This document shows, one piece after another, positions 24,139 to 33,900 of a stretch of DNA of 48,871 nucleotides. Under the pieces are notes generated by a model that saw only the letters and a program-made list of their open reading frames with translations, was not told where the DNA came from and did not search any database. The position numbers and the translations under genes were made by a program. The DNA is taken from contig JAHLWZ010000782.1 in assembly GCA_020536535.1 (NCBI GenBank), positions 1 to 48,871 on the forward strand, written 5' to 3'. This DNA comes from Pelomyxa schiedti (Eukaryota > Protista > Evosea). How positions within the stretch are numbered: position 1 is the stretch's first letter; the number at the start of each line of letters is the position of its first letter.

Positions 24139-25331
24139 ATGGCTAGTACCACGACGGGGTCGTCGTTGCTCAATGCGGGGATTGATCTGTCAGGGCCTCT
24201 GCGTAGGTCCATGGTTAACCCCGGCAGGGTCGATAATTTCCTAGTACGTTAGCTAGTGTGCAACATTTTGGAGCCCATAAGCGCGTCGCGGTGTTATGTA
24301 CCTATTTGATAACGGCGACAGGTGATGGGCAAAAGTGGAGCTGGGAAGCAGCCCAGAATAGATGCGCTGAGGAGAATATTTGGACTTACGCAGCTATCAA
24401 CCGGCACATTGTTCAGGACTTTCTTGGGAGCTGTATGCTTTTTTTTTACTAAGTATTATTAGTAGTGCACTGACTTCATTTCCTTATGTTTTCCTGAAAA
24501 CAGGCCTCCAAAGTAGGGTACAAGGGTGATATTTCTGCGTTTTATGATGAGAGTCATGGGCAGTTCATTCCAGATGAAGAAATTCTGGCAAAGCTTGGCC
24601 CGTTGGATGTAATCTACTCGTGCAATATCTTATGATTTATCTATTTTGTTCCAGGGACATGACCAAAGCACAGTTCTTCTTGGCATGAAGGCGAAATACT
24701 TTGTTGACAAGGGTTTATTTGTTCCAGATGAAGTTACTAACAGGATTTTTGAGGAGTACTTCTCCAGGTACATTTACGATTGAGTACAAGAATTACAAAC
24801 TAATTAGTGAAGGTTTGGATACCATGGCCTCATCCTTGATGGATATCCACGCACCTTGGAGCAGGCTAAATTTGTAGTGGACCTGTGTGAGCGGAAAGGC
24901 ACCAGGATTGATTGCGTCTTGGTTGTCGACAACGACGACACTACGATTCTAACCCGAACTGTGGGGAGAAGGATCTGCCCCAAGTGCGGAAAGGTCTATC
25001 ATGTTATCTCCAAGCCCGCGATTGAAGGGAAGGTACTGAATTCCATTCAACATTTCCCAGCTTGGCTAATTCCGATATCGCGCAGTTCTGTGCCGCCTGC
25101 GGAACCGAAGTTATACAGCGGTCAGATGACCATGAGGATAAGATAAGAGCCCGGCTTCATGAATTCGAGACCAAGACAATGCCGGCAATCAAGTGGCTGA
25201 GATCCACACCACATGTTCCTGTGTGGTCGTGCCCCGGAAACCTTCCTGTATTCACTGATGAGTCGGTACTGGCCTCAGTCAAAGAAGCCCTTGGCCTCCC
25301 TTCTGATACTCCTGCTCCCCATTCCCTCTAA
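24139..25331 (+). CDS. adk: Adenylate kinase (long form with Cys4 zinc LID), divergent P-loop, multi-exon
   Basis: Exons 24139-24243, 24322-24432, 24504-24608 and 24655 onward. FLVMGKSGAGKQPR (P-loop), LSTGTLFR, GLFVPDEV, ILDGYPRTLEQA, GRRICPKCGKVYH, CAACG..VIQRSDD...RLHEF. Confidence 0.88.
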
Positions 25332-25441
25332 TTGGAGAAATTCTTTTTTAAAAAATGGATTTCCCTTGTTATTAAACACTTAAAATTGACAACAATAATT
25401 TAAATGCCACAGACAGGTACGTGATTCTGAAAAGCAAGTCA

Positions 25442-26991
25442 TCAAGGAGGCCTAATGATAAACAGCTCGCTGTAGCATAACAGATACAATTTGTGATCGT
25501 CGAACCTGAGGTCCAGTACGCGTTGGAACTTCTCATTGAGGAAGGGGTGTATCTCTAGTTTCGGGAGACTAGTGGCTTCACTTGTAATCAAACGGCAATT
25601 TCTAGGAACTTTTCTGAGTGGCTCTTGCGGTTCACAGGAACAGTTCTCAGGTACTTATTGGAGTCAGAGCGACACAAGGGAGTGAAGCAGGTACCTTTTG
25701 TGAACCAGAGCATAAAACTTGCACTTTCACACTCTTTCTTACAGAACACCAGCACGTCTATGTCGTTCTGAAGGCCTGGGCGCCATATCCGGAGGTTGAT
25801 AACCGCTAGTGACGCGATTGTAGACTCCTGGAAGTAACGCGTACCTGTGGAAAGTGAGGCAGAACATTTGTATTAACAATGATACCATTGACCTCAAGGT
25901 AAGCGGGATTACTGACTATTTTGTGTTCACCAGAACTGTAGATCCAGTCGGCACCGTCGGGAATACTTCTTTCTTTCTGCCATATCATAATGGCCGTCTC
26001 TGAGGAAAGGTAGTCGGCAGACTGCGGAGAAAGGACCCAAGTAGAATTTACAGTTCCAATGTGAAATTCCGGAAGGCATTTCCCTTCCACGGGAGGGTGT
26101 ATGGTAACGCATAGAATTCTAACCCCCCTGAGCTGTTCATTCTGGTACACGTGAACTGTTCCTTCATGGAAGTCAATGAGCTGGAAGCAAGAGGTTTTCC
26201 CATCCACGAGAGCCAAAAGGTCTTGGCAATGTGACATGCAGGCCGGGTGGACAAATATCACGTCTCTCAGGGGAATGCGCAGACTGGTACTAAAGGTGAC
26301 AGGAGGGGAGCGTATTTTTCCTGGCTTTTCATGTAGCCTCTGTAGTGCATCCTCTAAAAAAATCTTCAGTACAATAGTGAATAGGATATAACGCATGATA
26401 ACCTGCTCTATGAAATTTGAGAATTATTCCCTCCCCAGCAAGAGTAGCTTGTGGTTCAGGAACCTCCATGATTGAGATATACAGATCACCAGTAACGCTG
26501 TCAACGGCAACTCGCCCATACAATGAATTGAGCACAGGGTGACCTAAAGTGCATATGTAAAACTCCACCTCATCATAGAGTGCACATACAAAATCGTCGT
26601 ACTATAATGTGTGTCCGTGGCACTAGGCCATAATACAATGGAAACTTAGTGCCCCTGGCTGAAGGTACCTTCAGACTGTTCTTTCGAAGGGTATGTGCTA
26701 CTGTTTTGTCTACAAGCGCCCAGTGTACTCGTGTCCCTGCTCACATGTCAAATGGGGAAAAAAAAACGCAGAACCAACTTTGCCTAGATCGAGCCCTATT
26801 CCAACCAATGTTTGTTGTCGCTGCTGACATGCAATGGCCTTTCGTGGGCGTTGCTCCTCTATTGATAATTTCCTAAAATCAGGCTGGTCCAAGTCGAGAC
26901 TTATCGGAAAGGTAACTTCCCAACTTGAAGTTACACAAAATCAGATCCCGCATTTAGTGCAAGCGAGATACCATCGCGCATTTCCAATCAT
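25442..26991 (-). CDS. Hypothetical beta-strand-rich (possibly beta-propeller) protein, multi-exon; 5' end uncertain
   Basis: Minus-strand exons join to give RVAVDSVTGDLYISIME (NHL-like), the 196-codon open frame 25806..26396 and terminal KFQRVLDLRFDDHKLYLLCYSELFIIRPP* (TGA 25442-25444). Confidence 0.5.
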
Positions 26992-27046
26992 CACACGCAG
27001 ATGACTAACAAGGGCATAAACAAAACATAAGAGAAAGATTCACACG

Positions 27047-27988
27047 ATGATAGAGGCGGAGGGACAACAACAAGCACATCCGGCACAGCCCCAACTACAA
27101 TCACAACACATGAGGCAGCCACCCGAACCGAGCCGCGACGACCTGCACCGCCGCGGCCTCAGGATCGACAGGGCCGCCTTTGCCGTGTTCGTGATCTGCG
27201 CTGTGGCCTTCGTAGCCAGTCAGATACACGTCCTGAGCCAGGCCAACACCGCCGCCCACCACAGGGTGGTCACCGCGGCCACGAGCGACGCTGGGCCCAG
27301 TCGATGGGGTTGGTTGTCCGGAGCCAGATCGCCCGTGCCATTCCCCCCCTATGCTGAGCTGCTCGTGATCCACACCGAGTATGGCGCTAATGAGGCCGCG
27401 GCTCGTGCCTGTGAGTATGATTATGGGTGTAGGCAGAAGAAGAGGGCTGGTGTTGCTGGGCCTATTTCTGGCACTGCTGTTGATGTCGATGATGGTGGCG
27501 AGATTGGAAGTGGGATTGTGAGGGCCGGGAGGGCTGGTGATGGTTTGGCCAGAGGTGACAATGATGAGAATAGAGTGGGGAAAGTACAGCGGCAGCAAGG
27601 CGATGGCGCTGAGGACAGAGACAGGATTGGTTATGCACCGGCACTTGATGATGATGGGGTGTATAGGGAGGTGCAGCGGGAACAAGGGGTGGTGGGGAAA
27701 GCCATAAAGAAGACAGCGGAGAAGGTGAAGGAAGAAGTAGGGAGGGCTGTTGAGAGCTTGGAGGAGAGCGTGGATAGGACAATTGGCAAGGCAGAGGAGA
27801 AGATATGTGACCAAGTGTGCAAGGAGAAAGCTGGGGACGGATTGAATCCAAAAGATACAAATGAAGATTCCCAGGGAGCACAAAGAAGTGCGCAGGAAGC
27901 GGGGAGATTGGGTGGATATCTTACGGAAGATGAAATAAGGCAAAGTATGTGTAACCATTCCCGAAATGAAACTAATTTTCCTCAATAG
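27047..27988 (+). CDS. Intronless orphan type II membrane protein, 313 aa
   Basis: Single TM AAFAVFVICAVAFVASQIHVL after RRGLRIDR, a G/D-rich region and an amphipathic helical stretch VGKAIKKTAEKVKEEVGRAVESLEESVDRTIGKAEEKI. Confidence 0.7.
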   Translation: MIEAEGQQQAHPAQPQLQSQHMRQPPEPSRDDLHRRGLRIDRAAFAVFVICAVAFVASQIHVLSQANTAAHHRVVTAATSDAGPSRWGWLSGARSPVPFPPYAELLVIHTEYGANEAAARACEYDYGCRQKKRAGVAGPISGTAVDVDDGGEIGSGIVRAGRAGDGLARGDNDENRVGKVQRQQGDGAEDRDRIGYAPALDDDGVYREVQREQGVVGKAIKKTAEKVKEEVGRAVESLEESVDRTIGKAEEKICDQVCKEKAGDGLNPKDTNEDSQGAQRSAQEAGRLGGYLTEDEIRQSMCNHSRNETNFPQ

Positions 27989-28064
27989 GGTTCCACACAT
28001 GGGCTAAAGAAATGAAGCCGCGTTAAGAAGCGAAACAGAAAGAAGATCCGTTGAGTTTTTTTGT

Positions 28065-29614
28065 TTAGAGTAAGAAAAGCAAAATAAGAACAGCAACAAT
28101 GAGAACTGCAATCAGTAGTTTGATGATGAAGTAGCGTTCCTTCCGGACTTCCTCGTATTCTTTTTCTATAATGTCATGTGTTTGGTCGACATGGTGTGAG
28201 GCCTCCTCAATGTTGTCATCAATCCTACATCGGGTTAAGTTGGCCGGAACTTGTTCGACTTTAATACCTTCTAACCATCTCGCCTTGCTCTACAACCAAG
28301 TGTGCTATTTTGGAATAAGAAACGGGAAAAGGAAAAAAACGGGATCACCTATTGTTTGGACAGTTCTGTTCACATCGCGGAGGTAACCCTCTACTTGGAA
28401 CTAAGTTTCGCTGTAATTGGTCAATATCAAATACCAATTGTATTCATCGCCGTTACTCTGGATGCATAGTAGTCTGTTCTCGAGGTGGTCTGAGAAACGT
28501 GGCCAGCTGGAGGAGACTCATCACTGTCGCTACTATCTACGCATATACTTACTTGGCCTGCATCACTCTCCGCTGGGCTTCTACTATTTATATGCTGTTA
28601 CGTTTTGGACCTTTTTTTTCAGTTTGTTTTCATACTGTAGAAGTCTATGAGGTCCCTCAGTTTGTAACAGCGATCGATGTCTCAGTATTTGTTTTGCCGA
28701 CAAGTTGTTGTCACCCCACTCAGAAACTTCTGTGGAAGGTGCGCGAGCTTCAAGCTTGTTTTTTCTTTCCTGTTGTTGCTGGAGAACCTTGAAGAGGGTT
28801 AAAGGGTTACACCTGGAGATACTATACCTCTGCTCTTGTTCGAAGGATATCCCTGAAGTCGGAAGTAATTGCTTGCATCTGCAGCTGGGAATACGCCACA
28901 ACGTTTTCAATAAAGCCACAAATGCTGTATGTACAAATGCCAGATGCCGGACCACTGGTATGTCGAGATTTCATACGAGTATGTGCAAGCGAGCGAGCTT
29001 TTTCTCCCTTAATTTCAACTTGAATTATATATAAGAAGAAGAATAATTCAATTACCTCTTCAGACATCAGTCGGAGTAATGTGGTGAGGTTCTGAATCTC
29101 CTTTTAAGCAGGTCAGATATAAAAAACATGAAGTCCGGAATCATACAGCTGATATTTGGGCAGTGCAGGCTTCAATCTGTGGGGCCGCCGTATTCTCGTT
29201 AAACAAGGATGTGCTGGATTTGACCACTGGTAATAAATGTGAGAATATTAGTCAGGAATGATAATTCCAATAACGATTCTTTTTTTATCCAATAGCATTA
29301 GAAACATACAGCTTCTGAGCAGTATCAATTTCTGGTTCACAAGCCTTCCCTTTCCAGCAAATGAATTACAAGCCACCATAAACGGAGCCGGCGTTGATTC
29401 AACTAACACAATGTGTGTATGCGAATGCGATAGAGTGTGCAATGGACCCACCCACAATTGCGCTTGTTGCAGTGGTTGACCCCTTGTTGTTATGTTTGGT
29501 AGCCGGCGGTGCACCCAACTTGGCCTCGGCCAGCAGTGACATGAAGTCTCTCGTCCTATCAACCCCATAATTCACAATTACCGCGTCGCCACTCCCGCTC
29601 TCCCACCCCTGCAT
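28065..29614 (-). CDS. STX5: Syntaxin-5 (Sed5)-like Qa-SNARE, multi-exon
   Basis: N-peptide DRTRDF, VKSSTSLFNEN, ENVVAYSQLQMQAITSDFRDILRTRAE, SNARE motif DYYASRVTAMNTI...AHLVVEQGEMVRRIDDNIEEA and C-terminal TM RYFIIKLLIAVLIVAVLILLFLL* (stop 28065-28067). Start codon uncertain. Confidence 0.85.
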
Positions 29615-29713
29615 CTCGTCTCGATGTTTCGAAATTCGCCGAAGAGTGAATCACCCAGAGTCTCCCTCTTGGAAAAAATCGAAATTTGTTGTGGCTTAAG
29701 GAGGGTTGCAGTG

Positions 29714-30922
29714 CTAATTTCTTGTGAAAGTTGCAAGAGCAGCACCAGAGAGGGCGTCATGAAGCACAAGTGGCACATAGGCTGTGGCGGTGAGTCTCAT
29801 GCTTGCTGTGAGGTCTGAACACAACGATGAAAGAGGTACGCTAGGCACAATTCCACTGTTGAAGGAGACAATTTGCTTGTGCAAACAAGGGCAGTGAAAG
29901 GAATGAAGAGGCTTCCATAGGTCAGACACGTGGTACACGTCGAATGTGTCCTCCGTGATGGTGCAAAGGTGTTCTGTTCCCAGTGTGACGACATTATCAA
30001 CAAACGGCCTTATGAAGCTGTGAACAACTTCCTTGGTATCACTGTTGTAAACCCTAAACGAACTTGGATGTCGATGAATGGTGAACAGTTTTCCAGTGGC
30101 TGCGTTCCACACGGCATCCACTGGGTGGCCTGGAACACCAAACGTCGTGTAGTAAAGAACACTCTCAGCGTCAAATGTCTCCTGCAGTGCAAGATACCAC
30201 ACGCGCCCCTTGTTCCTTCTGTTTGTCAACAACACCAGGGTATCCTCACCACCCTTTTCATCCGCAAACTTGCACCCGCACACCACAGTCTTGGTGTTCG
30301 GCAATTTGATTGCCCGAACGTCATTTTTCTCATCAGTCCTCCACACATACAAGGTGTCATCTTTGCCCATGACAATCCACTTGGAGTTCCACCTCACAAA
30401 TGACAAACTGTACCTGGAAATTCCCGCCACTTCCTTACCCCTGCCTTGCTTGTCGACGATAGATAGTTGCCGCTGCCCAATAAGCTGAGATATGACTGCA
30501 AACTGATCGCCTTGCAGTGCTGTAACTACAAAGCTATTTGACCAGTCGCCAGACCCGGGGCTACAGAACGCAGTGAAGCACCCACTGGCCACAACCCCCA
30601 ATGTCGGTGACAAGTCCATCCACACGTGGTCCTTTGCCGAGTATGACCTTGATGAGCCCAGAGTGACAGCCACCCTCCTCGACACTGACACTACCCACTG
30701 CCTCCCAAACTCGGCCATCAGTGCTGCTATCGACGCCATATTGTGCACTGGCCTCACTTCGTGACCACCATCTTTGTTTGTTTCTGCCCCTCCCTCTTCA
30801 CTCTCACCATTCGAAGCCTGTTTTCCCCTCCAACAACAACACCTGTGTAATGATGCACATGCTATTGCCAGGAATTGATCCCGGGCATCCAACACAACCC
30901 GTATTCTGTCAGTGTTCATCAT
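29714..30922 (-). CDS. Intronless ARDQ-motif orphan family protein (beta-rich C-terminal domain), about 402 aa from ATG 30922
   Basis: Long uninterrupted ORF (the track extends it to a TTG at 31063). MMNTDRIRVVLDARDQFLAIACAS...FGRQWVV...WNSKW...DVYHVSDLWKPL...DALSGAALATF. Motifs are shared with 45888..47054. Confidence 0.8.
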   Translation of the reverse strand: MMNTDRIRVVLDARDQFLAIACASLHRCCCWRGKQASNGESEEGGAETNKDGGHEVRPVHNMASIAALMAEFGRQWVVSVSRRVAVTLGSSRSYSAKDHVWMDLSPTLGVVASGCFTAFCSPGSGDWSNSFVVTALQGDQFAVISQLIGQRQLSIVDKQGRGKEVAGISRYSLSFVRWNSKWIVMGKDDTLYVWRTDEKNDVRAIKLPNTKTVVCGCKFADEKGGEDTLVLLTNRRNKGRVWYLALQETFDAESVLYYTTFGVPGHPVDAVWNAATGKLFTIHRHPSSFRVYNSDTKEVVHSFIRPFVDNVVTLGTEHLCTITEDTFDVYHVSDLWKPLHSFHCPCLHKQIVSFNSGIVPSVPLSSLCSDLTASMRLTATAYVPLVLHDALSGAALATFTRN

Positions 30923-33900
30923 CCTTCGGAAAAAGGAAAATGATGGAATTCTTGGAATGTGATGGGTAGTGGTGCTGTGCCGAACTGGTCGTTCATAGTG
31001 AATTGAGGGTTTTGTGGTCTTGGTGGTGTTGCACGGGTGTGTTCTAGGGCAGAGAGTAGCCAAAGGAACCCATCGATGAGGCCATCACCGGTAGTGGCAC
31101 ACGAGGGCTGGCACAGCCACATTGGGTGTGACATTAGTGCCAGATTATCAAGGTGCAACTGGCGGGACAGCTCATGAGCTCCAACGGCCCCGGGGATGTC
31201 CTGCTTGTTGGCTGATTGTGTGTGTGTGTTAGTTGTGAACTTATGGGTGGTGATTGTTGGGTTGGGCTGGCGATTGATATTTGGTGAGGAAGGTAACTCC
31301 CCGCGGTTCGTTTGAAGGGTTGAGGTACTTGTGGTTATTGTATTGTGGGATTGGCGATTGGGGATGAAACACACACCAAATATTAGAAAGGGGAGACCGC
31401 CGAGTCCCGGCTCGTTGGCTGTCTGATTGGTGTTGGTTACGGTATTATGGGAAAGTGTAGCAGAATACCCGGAATAGTTCGGCTTCTGTCTCTGGGAAAC
31501 GATAGGGGTCATGGCAGTCCACTACCCAAATCACTGCTGATGTTCCGGCATAATCTTGATGTGAATTAGACATACAGTGTTACTGGTGTTTGGGATTTGT
31601 TTGTACAAATTCTCCAGAGGGGGCGAATTTTGTCCGCTGTTCACATGGGTGACAATTTAAAAATGGTAGGAACATCGTAGTATATACCTCCACCAACATC
31701 CTTTACAGCCATGAGGGAAAAAAAAAAAAAGACACAGAGACTTACCCAAACAACGATGTTGATGGCATTCCATTGGATGGTTTCCACATCTGGGATATAT
31801 AAAAGAAATGTGGATAAAAACCAGAAACGTACTGAAACCAGTAGTTGGAATGGTGGTGGAAACAGTTCCAAGCCCAATTTTTTGCATTATACTAGTTTTA
31901 CCTGAAGAATTGAATGCTTCAGTACACAGCTCTGGGAAAAAAAATGAGTGAACCTGCAGCATCCAGACCGTTGACTATGAACCGGGTTTCTGGTGAGGCC
32001 CTTGTTTTGGAAAAAAATGAAAACGACTTGGGCAGAAGAGAGGAAAGAAAGGACTGTGGTGGAAGACTGTTCAAAAGCTCGTTTGTTGCTCTGACACCAA
32101 CATGAGATGCGTGTTAAAGGGTATTTACATACGAAGAACAACAAGCACCGCCAGGAACAGAATAGATTTTATCATGAGAAAGGGCAAAGAGATTCTTATA
32201 ATTCCCGTGGCACCTAAGATAATATAAATAACCTGCTGGGGAAAAAAAATAATAGGAGTGATACTGCGAAATCAAGGGCAAGTTCCCCAGTTTCATATAT
32301 TTTTTTATTGATGTGTCCCAGGGCTTTGTTATGAACAACTCCTTCCACAACTCATTGTTTGAGCACAGGTCATTGAGAGCGTGGCATGTTTGAGACAAGT
32401 GGCACAGAGAGCTCGGACCAAGATACTGTAGAATTTGGCTTCATTTCGAATTTGTGTTAAGTGATTTCTTGGTGTGGAATTTACATACAATAGTGTTTCC
32501 CCAGGCAAGGTACTGAAATCACCTGATAAAAAAAGATGAAGAGTAAGAGACTCAAATTGAAAAAGATGAAAAACCCATCAGACTGCGTGAAGGTGACCTG
32601 GGAGTGACTGCGAGTTGTTGTGGACTTTGAGCGATGCAGGCAGAGTGCAACCATCCGCAGGAAATCTTGATTATCCTTCGGCTTTGCAGGGCTAAAATGA
32701 CAGTTGGGATATTTCGATTCTCAAAGTCACCATGTCCTGTTGAAAGTGGGTCTCAGTTTTAAAACATGGATAAACGAACCAAGTTGACCACATTTGTTGG
32801 ACCCCCAGCTGTATGTGATACCTGTGTCACCTGCAACTGCGATGGTATGCCCTTGACCAAAGGCACCTCCAGCGGCAATTTGATGTACTCTCGGAATTCC
32901 ATTGACAAGGGTGGGGATGTTCCGCTGGGTCAAGTCACCAAGGCCGAGTTGGCCTGTACTGTTGTCTCCAAAGGCAAATAGGTGGCCTGCTTCAGAAACC
33001 GCCATTGTGTGATTATCACCACAGGCAACCATGTGCGCCCTCTCTGGAAGGAGGGAAACCCTTTCGGGGATGTTCGCTGTAGTCTGTGTTAGAGGGGATC
33101 AGAAAATGATAACTGACAGTAGGAAGTTTTCTTGTGGGAAAGAAGCATACGATTTCTCCCAACCCTAACCGTAGAGGAGATGAGAAAGGAGCAGAAAATA
33201 AAGGGAGGAAGAATTAGGAAACAGTTACCAAGTTGTCCAAGATTTCCATTTCCCCATGTGAATAGGTCTCCACTTTTGGATATCGCAGCAGTGTGCTTTC
33301 CTCCGCAGGAAATAAAAGATATTTGTTTGCCTGGGTCAAAGTGACAGAGCGTTAATTTCTCTCTGGAAATGATAAGTGGATTAAGGTTGAAAGAAGCATG
33401 GAGCCAGGAGATTACCGGTCTGTGGTGTCACCAACACCCAGTTGTCCTTTATCATTGCATCCTATTGTATAGGCTTGACCCTGAAATATCACCACAGAGT
33501 GCAGACTCCCGCATGCCAATGAAGTGTACGAGTCATCTGGTTTTTGTGAGTTAAATAGTTAGTATTGTTGCTCTCGTGATTCTTACCCCAGTTCGGTGGA
33601 TCGATATATTTTGGAAAGCAGTAACTTGCCCTCACTGCACCCACTCCCACTGGAGTAACATAATAGGTCTTGGACAGCTGGTCCGGATCCATATCCCAGC
33701 GTAAAAGAGTTGCATTTGAAACAACTGCCCAAGTTGAAAGAGCCCCACAAGCAATCCTATTGAGGCACAGTAGTTGTAGGAGAACACTGAGTTATAAGGG
33801 TATAGTGAGTGGATGTACCATCGTGCCAAACAGAAGTGATCCTGCAGCCACAGTGGTTGGGCACAACAGTGACCTCCACCCCATGACGTTAATTCCCCAT

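Noticed and set aside
25618-25809. + strand ORF with YVVLKAWAPYPEV resembling a peptidase PPC domain
   Set aside because: No consistent + strand gene could be built, whereas the minus strand gives a coherent spliced ORF over the same bases.
27101-28000. 299-aa antisense ORF
   Set aside because: Shadow of the + strand gene 27047..27988. It has no ATG start, its composition mirrors the sense codons and it shows no motifs.
32001-32027. Possible 27-nt intron before the Arf domain
   Set aside because: It is in frame with no stop and encodes SFSFFSK, which resembles the Arf N-terminal helix, so it is most likely exonic. The fusion holds either way.
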